A stretch of 64,000 nucleotides of DNA from Nemertoderma westbladi (lineage: Eukaryota; Animalia; Xenacoelomorpha), in contig JAUCBJ010000488.1 in the NCBI GenBank assembly GCA_032718475.1, positions 62,001 to 126,000 on the forward strand, written 5' to 3'. Below, piece by piece: positions 1 through 12,000 of this stretch (positions within the stretch are counted from its first letter, which is position 1; every line of letters begins with the position of its first letter). Under the pieces are notes generated by a model that saw nothing but the letters and a program-made list of their open reading frames with translations, ran no database searches and was not told the origin of the DNA. The translations under genes were made by a program, and so were the position numbers.

Positions 1-3000
1 AAAATAAAGTTAGCGGTGTCAGAGTTAGGGTGGTAAAAGTAAAATAAAGTTAGCGGTGTCAGAGTCAGGGTGGTACAAGTAAAATAAAGTTAGCGGTGTC
101 AGAGTTAGGGTGGAACAAGTAAAATAAAGTTAGCGGTGTCAGAGTCAGGGTGGTACAAGTAAAATAAAGTTAGCGGTGTCAGAGTCAGGGTGGTACAAGT
201 AAAATAAAGTTAGCGGTGTCAGAGTTAGGGTGGTACAAGTAAAATAAAGTTAGCGGTGTCAGAGTCAGGGCGGTACAAGTAAAATAATGTTAGCGGTGTC
301 AGAGTCAGGGTGGTACAAGTAAAATAAAGTTAGCGTGTCAGTGTCAGGGTGGTACAAGTAAAATAAAGTTAGCGGTGTCAGAGTCAGGGTGGTACAAGTA
401 AAATAAAGTTAGCGGTGTCAGAGTCAGGGTGGTACAAGTAAAATAAAGTTAGCGGTGTCAGAGTCAGGGTGGTACAAGTAAAATAAAGTTAGCGGTGTCA
501 GGGTGGTATAAGTAAAATAAAGTTAGCGGTGTCAGAGTCAGGGTGGTACAAGTAAAACAAAGTTAGCGGTGTCAGTGTCAGGGTGGTACAAGTAAAATAA
601 AGTTAGCGGTGTCAGTGTCAGGGTGGTACAAGTAAAATAAAGTTAGCGGTGTCAGAGTCAGGGTGGTACAAGTAAAATAAAGTTAGCGGTGTCAGAGTCA
701 GGGTGGTACAAGTAAAATAAAGTTAGCGGTGTCAGAGTCAGGGTGGTACAAGTAAAATAAAGTTAGCGGTGTCAGAGTCAGGGTGGTACAAGTAAAATAA
801 AGTTAGCGGTGTCAGAGTCAGGGTGGTACAAGTAAAATAAAGTTAGCGGTGTCAGGGTGGTATAAGTAAAATAAAGTTAGCGGTGTCAGAGTCAGGGTGG
901 TACAAATAAAACAAAGTTAGCGGTGTCAGTGTCAGGGTGGTACAAGTAAAATAAAGTTAGCGGTGTCAGAGTCAGGGTGGTACAAGTAAAATAAAGTTAG
1001 CGGTGTCAGAGTCAGGGTGGTACAAGTAAAATAAAGTTAGCGGTGTCAGGGTGGTATAAGTAAAATAAAGTTAGCGGTGTCAGAGTCAGGGTGGTACAAG
1101 TAAAACAAAGTTAGCGGTGTCAGTGTCAGGGTGGTACAAGTAAAATAAAGTTAGCGGTGTCAGTGTCAGGGTGGTACAAGTAAAATAAAGTTAGCGGTGT
1201 CAGAGTCAGGGTGGTACAAGTAAAATAAAGTTAGCGGTGTCAGTGTCAGGGTGGTACAAGTAAAATAAAGTTAGCGGTGTCAGAGTCAGGGTGGTACAAG
1301 TACAAGTAAAATAAAGTTAGCGTGTCAGTGTCAGGGTGGTACAAGTAAAATAAAGTTAGCGGTGTCAGAGTCAGGGTGGTACAAGTAAAACAAAGTTAGC
1401 GGTGTCAGAGTCAGGGTGGTACAAGTAAAATAAAGTTAGCGTGTCAGTGTTAGGGTGGTACAAGTAAAATAAAGTTAGCGTGTCAGTGTCAGGGTGGTAC
1501 AAGTAAAATAAAGTTAGCGGTGTCAGGGTGGTATAAGTAAAATAAAGTTAGCGTGTCAGAGTCAGGGTGGTACAAATAAAATAAAGTTAGCGGTGTCAGT
1601 GTCAGGGTGGTACAAGTAAAATAAACTTAGCGGTGTCAGAGTCAGGGTGGTACAAGTAAAACAAAGTTAGCGCTGTCAGTGTCAGGGTGGTACAAGTAAA
1701 ATAAAGTTAGCGGTGTCAGTGTCAGGGTGGTACAAGTAAAATAAAGTTAGCGCTGTCAGTGTCAGGGTGGTACAAGTAAAATAAAGTTAGCGGTGTCAGT
1801 GTCAGAGTGGTACAAGTAAAATAAAGTTAGCGGTGTCAGAGTCAGGGTGGTACAAGTAAAACAAAGTTAGCGGTGTCAGAGTCAGGGTGGTACAAGTAAA
1901 ATAAAGTTAGCGGTGTCAGGGTGGTACAAGTAAAATAAAGTTAGCGGTGTCAGTGTCAGGGTGGTACAAGTAAAATAAAGTTAGCGTGTCAGTGTCAGGG
2001 TGGTACAAGTAAAATAAAGTTAGCGGTGTCAGAGTCAGGGTGGTACAAGTAAAATAAAGTTAGCGGTGTCAGGGTGGTACAAGTAAAATAAAGTTAGCGG
2101 TGTCAGAGTCAGGGTGGTATAAGTAAAATAAAGTTAGCGGTGTCAGAGTCAGGGTGGTACAAGTAAAATAAAGTTAGCGGTGTCAGTGTCAGGGTGGTAC
2201 AAGTAAAACAAAGTTAGCGGTGTCAGAGTCAGGGTGGTACAAGTAAAATAAAGTTAGCGGTGTCAGGGTGGTACAAGTAAAATAAAGTTAGCGGTGTCAG
2301 AGTCAGGGTGGTACAAGTAAAATAAAGTTAGCGGTGTCAGGGTGGTACAAGTAAAACAAAGTTAGCGGTGTCAGTGTCGGGGTGGTACAAGTAAAATAAA
2401 GTTAGCGGTGTCAGTGTCAGGGTGGTACAAGTAAAATAAAGTTAGCGGTGTCAGTGTCAGGGTGGTACAAGTAAAATAAAGTTAGCGGTGTCAGTGTCAG
2501 GGTGGTACAAGTAAAATAAAGTTAGCGGTGTCAGAGTCAGGGTGGTACAAGTAAAATAAAGTTAGCGGTGTCAGTGTCAGGGTGGTACAAGTAAAATAAA
2601 GTTAGCGGTGTCAGTGTCAGGGTGGTACAAGTAAAATAAAGTTAGCAGTGTCAGAGTCAGGGTGGTACAAGTAAAATAAAGTTAGCGGTGTCAGAGTCAG
2701 GGTGGTACAAGTGAAATAAAGTTAGCGGTGTCAGGGTGGTATAAGTAAAATAAAGTTAGCGGTGTCAGAGTCAGGGTGGTACAAGTAAAACAAAGTTAGC
2801 GGTGTCAGTGTCAGGGTGGTACAAGTAAAATAAAGTTAGCGGTGTCAGTGTCAGGGTGGTACAAGTAAAATAAAGTTAGCGGTGTCAGAGTCAGGGTGGT
2901 ACAAGTAAAATAAAGTTAGCGGTGTCAGAGTCAGGGTGGTACAAGTAAAATAAAGTTAGCGGTGTCAGAGTCAGGGTGGTACAAGTAAAATAAAGTTAGC

Positions 3001-6000
3001 GGTGTCAGAGTCAGGGTGGTACAAGTAAAATAAAGTTAGCGGTGTCAGAGTCAGGGTGGTACAAGTAAAATAAAGTTAGCGGTGTCAGGGTGGTATAAGT
3101 AAAATAAAGTTAGCGGTGTCAGAGTCAGGGTGGTACAAATAAAACAAAGTTAGCGGTGTCAGTGTCAGGGTGGTACAAGTAAAATAAAGTTAGCGGTGTC
3201 AGAGTCAGGGTGGTACAAGTAAAATAAAGTTAGCGGTGTCAGAGTCAGGGTGGTACAAGTAAAATAAAGTTAGCGGTGTCAGGGTGGTATAAGTAAAATA
3301 AAGTTAGCGGTGTCAGAGTCAGGGTGGTACAAGTAAAACAAAGTTAGCGGTGTCAGTGTCAGGGTGGTACAAGTAAAATAAAGTTAGCGGTGTCAGTGTC
3401 AGGGTGGTACAAGTAAAATAAAGTTAGCGGTGTCAGAGTCAGGGTGGTACAAGTAAAATAAAGTTAGCGGTGTCAGTGTCAGGGTGGTACAAGTAAAATA
3501 AAGTTAGCGGTGTCAGAGTCAGGGTGGTACAAGTAAAATAAAGTTAGCGTGTCAGTGTCAGGGTGGTACAAGTAAAATAAAGTTAGCGGTGTCAGAGTCA
3601 GGGTGGTACAAGTAAAACAAAGTTAGCGGTGTCAGAGTCAGGGTGGTACAAGTAAAATAAAGTTAGCGTGTCAGTGTTAGGGTGGTACAAGTAAAATAAA
3701 GTTAGCGTGTCAGTGTCAGGGTGGTACAAGTAAAATAAAGTTAGCGGTGTCAGGGTGGTATAAGTAAAATAAAGTTAGCGTGTCAGAGTCAGGGTGGTAC
3801 AAATAAAATAAAGTTAGCGGTGTCAGTGTCAGGGTGGTACAAGTAAAATAAACTTAGCGGTGTCAGAGTCAGGGTGGTACAAGTAAAACAAAGTTAGCGC
3901 TGTCAGTGTCAGGGTGGTACAAGTAAAATAAAGTTAGCGGTGTCAGTGTCAGGGTGGTACAAGTAAAATAAAGTTAGCGCTGTCAGTGTCAGGGTGGTAC
4001 AAGTAAAATAAAGTTAGCGGTGTCAGTGTCAGAGTGGTACAAGTAAAATAAAGTTAGCGGTGTCAGAGTCAGGGTGGTACAAGTAAAACAAAGTTAGCGG
4101 TGTCAGAGTCAGGGTGGTACAAGTAAAATAAAGTTAGCGGTGTCAGGGTGGTACAAGTAAAATAAAGTTAGCGGTGTCAGTGTCAGGGTGGTACAAGTAA
4201 AATAAAGTTAGCGTGTCAGTGTCAGGGTGGTACAAGTAAAATAAAGTTAGCGGTGTCAGAGTCAGGGTGGTACAAGTAAAATAAAGTTAGCGGTGTCAGA
4301 GTCAGGGTGGTACAAGTAAAATAAAGTTAGCGGTGTCAGGGTGGTACAAGTAAAATAAAGTTAGCGGTGTCAGAGTCAGGGTGGTATAAGTAAAATAAAG
4401 TTAGCGGTGTCAGAGTCAGGGTGGTACAAGTAAAATAAAGTTAGCGGTGTCAGTGTCAGGGTGGTACAAGTAAAACAAAGTTAGCGGTGTCAGAGTCAGG
4501 GTGGTACAAGTAAAATAAAGTTAGCGGTGTCAGGGTGGTACAAGTAAAATAAAGTTAGCGGTGTCAGAGTCAGGGTGGTACAAGTAAAATAAAGTTAGCG
4601 GTGTCAGGGTGGTACAAGTAAAACAAAGTTAGCGGTGTCAGTGTCGGGGTGGTACAAGTAAAATAAAGTTAGCGGTGTCAGTGTCAGGGTGGTACAAGTA
4701 AAATAAAGTTAGCGGTGTCAGTGTCAGGGTGGTACAAGTAAAATAAAGTTAGCGGTGTCAGTGTCAGGGTGGTACAAGTAAAATAAAGTTAGCGGTGTCA
4801 GAGTCAGGGTGGTACAAGTAAAATAAAGTTAGCGGTGTTAGTGTCAGGGTGGTACAAGTAAAATAAAGTTAGCGGTGTCAGTGTCAGGGTGGTACAAGTA
4901 AAATAAAGTTAGCAGTGTCAGAGTCAGGGTGGTACAAGTAAAATAAAGTTAGCGGTGTCAGAGTCAGGGTGGTACAAGTGAAATAAAGTTAGCGTGTCAG
5001 AGTCAGGGTGGTACAAGTAAAATAAAGTTAGCGGTGTCAGAGTTAGGGTGGTACAAGTAAAATAAAGTTAGCGGTGTCAGAGTCAGGGCGGTACAAGTAA
5101 AATAATGTTAGCGGTGTCAGAGTCAGGGTGGTACAAGTAAAATAAAGTTAGCGTGTCAGTGTCAGGGTGGTACAAGTAAAATAAAGTTAGCGGTGTCAGA
5201 GTCAGGGTGGTACAAGTAAAATAAAGTTAGCGGTGTCAGAGTCAGGGTGGTACAAGTAAAATAAAGTTAGCGGTGTCAGAGTCAGGGTGGTACAAGTAAA
5301 ATAAAGTTAGCGGTGTCAGGGTGGTATAAGTAAAATAAAGTTAGCGGTGTCAGAGTCAGGGTGGTACAAGTAAAACAAAGTTAGCGGTGTCAGTGTCAGG
5401 GTGGTACAAGTAAAATAAAGTTAGCGGTGTCAGTGTCAGGGTGGTACAAGTAAAATAAAGTTAGCGGTGTCAGAGTCAGGGTGGTACAAGTAAAATAAAG
5501 TTAGCGGTGTCAGAGTCAGGGTGGTACAAGTAAAATAAAGTTAGCGGTGTCAGAGTCAGGGTGGTACAAGTAAAATAAAGTTAGCGGTGTCAGAGTCAGG
5601 GTGGTACAAGTAAAATAAAGTTAGCGGTGTCAGAGTCAGGGTGGTACAAGTAAAATAAAGTTAGCGGTGTCAGGGTGGTATAAGTAAAATAAAGTTAGCG
5701 GTGTCAGAGTCAGGGTGGTACAAATAAAACAAAGTTAGCGGTGTCAGTGTCAGGGTGGTACAAGTAAAATAAAGTTAGCGGTGTCAGAGTCAGGGTGGTA
5801 CAAGTAAAATAAAGTTAGCGGTGTCAGAGTCAGGGTGGTACAAGTAAAATAAAGTTAGCGGTGTCAGGGTGGTATAAGTAAAATAAAGTTAGCGGTGTCA
5901 GAGTCAGGGTGGTACAAGTAAAACAAAGTTAGCGGTGTCAGTGTCAGGGTGGTACAAGTAAAATAAAGTTAGCGGTGTCAGTGTCAGGGTGGTACAAGTA

Positions 6001-9000
6001 AAATAAAGTTAGCGGTGTCAGAGTCAGGGTGGTACAAGTAAAATAAAGTTAGCGGTGTCAGTGTCAGGGTGGTACAAGTAAAATAAAGTTAGCGGTGTCA
6101 GAGTCAGGGTGGTACAAGTAAAATAAAGTTAGCGTGTCAGTGTCAGGGTGGTACAAGTAAAATAAAGTTAGCGGTGTCAGAGTCAGGGTGGTACAAGTAA
6201 AACAAAGTTAGCGGTGTCAGAGTCAGGGTGGTACAAGTAAAATAAAGTTAGCGTGTCAGTGTTAGGGTGGTACAAGTAAAATAAAGTTAGCGTGTCAGTG
6301 TCAGGGTGGTAAAAGTAAAATAAAGTTAGCGGTGTCAGGGTGGTATAAGTAAAATAAAGTTAGCGTGTCAGAGTCAGGGTGGTACAAATAAAATAAAGTT
6401 AGCGGTGTCAGTGTCAGGGTGGTACAAGTAAAATAAACTTAGCGGTGTCAGAGTCAGGGTGGTACAAGTAAAACAAAGTTAGCGCTGTCAGTGTCAGGGT
6501 GGTACAAGTAAAATAAAGTTAGCGGTGTCAGTGTCAGGGTGGTACAAGTAAAATAAAGTTAGCGCTGTCAGTGTCAGGGTGGTACAAGTAAAATAAAGTT
6601 AGCGGTGTCAGTGTCAGAGTGGTACAAGTAAAATAAAGTTAGCGGTGTCAGAGTCAGGGTGGTACAAGTAAAATAAAGTTAGCGGTGTCAGAGTCAGGAT
6701 GGTACAAGTAAAATAAAGTTAGCGGTGTCAGGGTGGTATAAGTAAAATAAAGTTAGCGGTGTCAGAGTCAGGGTGGTACAAATAAAACAAAGTTAGCGGT
6801 GTCAGTGTCAGGGTGGTACAAGTAAAATAAAGTTAGCGGTGTCAGAGTCAGGGTGGTACAAGTAAAATAAAGTTAGCGGTGTCAGAGTCAGTGTGGTACA
6901 AGTAAAATAAAGTTAGCGGTGTCAGGGTGGTATAAGTAAAATAAAGTTAGCGGTGTCAGAGTCAGGGTGGTACAAGTAAAACAAAGTTAGCGGTGTCAGT
7001 GTCAGGGTGGTACAAGTAAAATAAAGTTAGCGGTGTCAGTGTCAGGGTGGTACAAGTAAAATAAAGTTAGCGGTGTCAGAGTCAGGGTGGTACAAGTAAA
7101 ATAAAGTTAGCGGTGTCAGTGTCAGGGTGGTACAAGTAAAATAAAGTTAGCGGTGTCAGAGTCAGGGTGGTACAAGTAAAATAAAGTTAGCGTGTCAGTG
7201 TCAGGGTGGTACAAGTAAAATAAAGTTAGCGGTGTCAGAGTCAGGGGGTACAAGTAAAAGAAAGTTAGCGGTGTCAGAGTCAGGGTGGTACAAGTAAAAT
7301 AAAGTTAGCGTGTCAGTGTTAGGGTGGTACAAGTAAAATAAAGTTAGCGTGTCAGTGTCAGGGTGGTACAAGTAAAATAAAGTTAGCGGTGTCAGGGTGG
7401 TATAAGTAAAATAAAGTTAGCGTGTCAGAGTCAGGGTGGTACAAATAAAATAAAGTTAGCGGTGTCAGTGTCAGGGTGGTACAAGTAAAATAAACTTAGC
7501 GGTGTCAGAGTCAGGGTGGTACAAGTAAAACAAAGTTAGCGCTGTCAGTGTCAGGGTGGTACAAGTAAAATAAAGTTAGCGGTGTCAGTGTCAGGGTGGT
7601 ACAAGTAAAATAAAGTTAGCGCTGTCAGTGTCAGGGTGGTACAAGTAAAATAAAGTTAGCGGTGTCAGTGTCAGAGTGGTACAAGTAAAATAAAGTTAGC
7701 GGTGTCAGAGTCAGGGTGGTACAAGTAAAACAAAGTTAGCGGTGTCAGAGTCAGGGTGGTACAAGTAAAATAAAGTTAGCGGTGTCAGGGTGGTACAAGT
7801 AAAATAAAGTTAGCGGTGTCAGTGTCAGGGTGGTACAAGTAAAATAAAGTTAGCGTGTCAGTGTCAGGGTGGTACAAGTAAAATAAAGTTAGCGGTGTCA
7901 GAGTCAGGGTGGTACAAGTAAAATAAAGTTAGCGGTGTCAGGGTGGTACAAGTAAAATAAAGTTAGCGGTGTCAGGGTGGTACAAGTAAAATAAAGTTAG
8001 CGGTGTCAGAGTCAGGGTGGTATAAGTAAAATAAAGTTAGCGGTGTCAGAGTCAGGGTGGTACAAGTAAAATAAAGTTAGCGGTGTCAGTGTCAGGGTGG
8101 TACAAGTAAAACAAAGTTAGCGGTGTCAGAGTCAGGGTGGTACAAGTAAAATAAAGTTAGCGGTGTCAGGGTGGTACAAGTAAAATAAAGTTAGCGGTGT
8201 CAGAGTCAGGGTGGTACAAGTAAAATAAAGTTAGCGGTGTCAGGGTGGTACAAGTAAAACAAAGTTAGCGGTGTCAGTGTCGGGGTGGTACAAGTAAAAT
8301 AAAGTTAGCGGTGTCAGTGTCAGGGTGGTACAAGTAAAATAAAGTTAGCGGTGTCAGTGTCAGGGTGGTACAAGTAAAATAAAGTTAGCGGTGTCAGTGT
8401 CAGGGTGGTATAAGTAAAATAAAGTTAGCGGTGTCAGAGTCAGGGTGGTACAAGTAAAATAAAGTTAGCGGTGTCAGTGTCAGGGTGGTACAAGTAAAAT
8501 AAAGTTAGCGGTGTCAGTGTCAGGGTGGTACAAGTAAAATAAAGTTAGCAGTGTCAGAGTCAGGGTGGTACAAGTAAAATAAAGTTAGCGGTGTCAGAGT
8601 CAGGGTGGTACAAGTGAAATAAAGTTAGCGTGTCAGAGTCAGGGTGGTACAAGTAAAATAAAGTTAGCGGTGTCAGAGTTAGGGTGGTACAAGTAAAATA
8701 AAGTTAGCGGTGTCAGAGTCAGGGCGGTACAAGTAAAATAATGTTAGCGGTGTCAGAGTCAGGGTGGTACAAGTAAAATAAAGTTAGCATGTCAGTGTCA
8801 GGGTGGTACAAGTAAAATAAAGTTAGCGGTGTCAGAGTCAGGGTGGTACAAGTAAAATAAAGTTAGCGGTGTCAGAGTCAGGGTGGTACAAGTAAAATAA
8901 AGTTAGCGGTGTCAGAGTCAGGGTGGTACAAGTAAAATAAAGTTAGCGGTGTCAGGGTGGTATAAGTAAAATAAAGTTAGCGGTGTCAGAGTCAGGGTGG

Positions 9001-12000
9001 TACAAGTAAAACAAAGTTAGCGGTGTCAGTGTCAGGGTGGTACAAGTAAAATAAAGTTAGCGGTGTCAGTGTCAGGGTGGTACAAGTAAAATAAAGTTAG
9101 CGGTGTCAGAGTCAGGGTGGTACAAGTAAAATAAAGTTAGCGGTGTCAGAGTCAGGGTGGTACAAGTAAAATAAAGTTAGCGGTGTCAGAGTCAGGGTGG
9201 TACAAGTAAAATAAAGTTAGCGGTGTCAGAGTCAGGGTGGTACAAGTAAAATAAAGTTAGCGGTGTCAGAGTCAGGGTGGTACAAGTAAAATAAAGTTAG
9301 CGGTGTCAGGGTGGTATAAGTAAAATAAAGTTAGCGGTGTCAGAGTCAGGGTGGTACAAATAAAACAAAGTTAGCGGTGTCAGTGTCAGGGTGGTACAAG
9401 TAAAATAAAGTTAGCGGTGTCAGAGTCAGGGTGGTACAAGTAAAATAAAGTTAGCGGTGTCAGAGTCAGGGTGGTACAAGTAAAATAAAGTTAGCGGTGT
9501 CAGGGTGGTATAAGTAAAATAAAGTTAGCGGTGTCAGAGTCAGGGTGGTACAAGTAAAACAAAGTTAGCGGTGTCAGTGTCAGGGTGGTACAAGTAAAAT
9601 AAAGTTAGCGGTGTCAGTGTCAGGGTGGTACAAGTAAAATAAAGTTAGCGGTGTCAGAGTCAGGGTGGTACAAGTAAAATAAAGTTAGCGGTGTCAGTGT
9701 CAGGGTGGTACAAGTAAAATAAAGTTAGCGGTGTCAGAGTCAGGGTGGTACAAGTAAAATAAAGTTAGCGTGTCAGTGTCAGGGTGGTACAAGTAAAATA
9801 AAGTTAGCGGTGTCAGAGTCAGGGTGGTACAAGTAAAACAAAGTTAGCGGTGTCAGAGTCAGGGTGGTACAAGTAAAATAAAGTTAGCGTGTCAGTGTTA
9901 GGGTGGTACAAGTAAAATAAAGTTAGCGTGTCAGTGTCAGGGTGGTACAAGTAAAATAAAGTTAGCGGTGTCAGGGTGGTATAAGTAAAATAAAGTTAGC
10001 GTGTCAGAGTCAGGGTGGTACAAATAAAATAAAGTTAGCGGTGTCAGTGTCAGGGTGGTACAAGTAAAATAAACTTAGCGGTGTCAGAGTCAGGGTGGTA
10101 CAAGTAAAACAAAGTTAGCGCTGTCAGTGTCAGGGTGGTACAAGTAAAATAAAGTTAGCGGTGTCAGTGTCAGGGTGGTACAAGTAAAATAAAGTTAGCG
10201 CTGTCAGTGTCAGGGTGGTACAAGTAAAATAAAGTTAGCGGTGTCAGTGTCAGAGTGGTACAAGTAAAATAAAGTTAGCGGTGTCAGAGTCAGGGTGGTA
10301 CAAGTAAAACAAAGTTAGCGGTGTCAGAGTCAGGGTGGTACAAGTAAAATAAAGTTAGCGGTGTCAGGGTGGTACAAGTAAAATAAAGTTAGCGGTGTCA
10401 GTGTCAGGGTGGTACAAGTAAAATAAAGTTAGCGTGTCAGTGTCAGGGTGGTACAAGTAAAATAAAGTTAGCGGTGTCAGAGTCAGGGTGGTACAAGTAA
10501 AATAAAGTTAGCGGTGTCAGGGTGGTACAAGTAAAATAAAGTTAGCGGTGTCAGGGTGGTACAAGTAAAATAAAGTTAGCGGTGTCAGAGTCAGGGTGGT
10601 ATAAGTAAAATAAAGTTAGCGGTGTCAGAGTCAGGGTGGTACAAGTAAAATAAAGTTAGCGGTGTCAGTGTCAGGGTGGTACAAGTAAAACAAAGTTAGC
10701 GGTGTCAGAGTCAGGGTGGTACAAGTAAAATAAAGTTAGCGGTGTCAGGGTGGTACAAGTAAAATAAAGTTAGCGGTGTCAGAGTCAGGGTGGTACAAGT
10801 AAAATGAAGTTAGCGGTGTCAGGGTGGTACAAGTAAAACAAAGTTAGCGGTGTCAGTGTCGGGGTGGTACAAGTAAAATAAAGTTAGCGGTGTCAGTGTC
10901 AGGGTGGTACAAGTAAAATAAAGTTAGCGGTGTCAGTGTCAGGGTGGTACAAGTAAAATAAAGTTAGCGGTGTCAGTGTCAGGGTGGTACAAGTAAAATA
11001 AAGTTAGCGGTGTCAGAGTCAGGGTGGTACAAGTAAAATAAAGTTAGCGGTGTCAGTGTCAGGGTGGTACAAGTAAAATAAAGTTAGCGGTGTCAGTGTC
11101 AGGGTGGTACAAGTAAAATAAAGTTAGCAGTGTCAGAGTCAGGGTGGTACAAGTAAAATAAAGTTAGCGGTGTCAGAGTCAGGGTGGTACAAGTGAAATA
11201 AAGTTAGCGTGTCAGAGTCAGGGTGGTACAAGTAAAATAAAGTTAGCGGTGTCAGGGTGGTACAAGTAAAACAAAGTTAGCGGTGTCAGAGTCAGGGTGG
11301 TATAAGTAAAATAAAGTTAGCGGTGTCAGTGTCAGGGTGGTACAAGTAAAATAAAGTTAGCGGTGTCAGAGTCAGGGTGGTACAAGTAAAATAAAGTTAG
11401 CGGTGTCAGGGTGGTACAAGTAAAATAAAGTTAGCGGTGTCAGGGTGGTACAAGTAAAACAAAGTTAGCGGTGTCAGAGTCAGGGTGGTACAAGTAAAAT
11501 AAAGTTAGCGGTGTCAGAGTCAGGGTGGTACAAGTAAAATAAAGTTAGCGTGTCAGAGTCAGGGTGGTACAAGTAAAATAAAGTTAGCGGTGTCAGTGTC
11601 AGGGTGGTACAAGTAAAATAAAGTTAGCGGTGTCAGTGTCAGGGTGGTACAAGTAAAATAAAGTTAGCGGTGTCAGTGTCAGGGTGGTACAAGTAAAATA
11701 AAGTTAGCGGTGTCAGGGTGGTACAAGTAAAACAAAGTTAGCGATGTCAGAGTCAGGGTGGTACAAGTAAAATAAAGTTAGCGGTGTCAGAGTCAGGGCG
11801 GTACAAGTAAAATAAAGTTAGCGGTGTCAGGGTGGTACAAGTAAAACAAAGTTAGCGGTGTCAGAGTCAGGGTGGTACAAGTAAAATAAAGTTAGCGGTG
11901 TCAGAGTCAGGGTGGTACAAGTAAAATAAAGTTAGCGTGTCAGAGTCAGGGTGGTACAAGTAAAATAAAGTTAGCGGTGTCAGTGTCAGGGTGGTACAAG

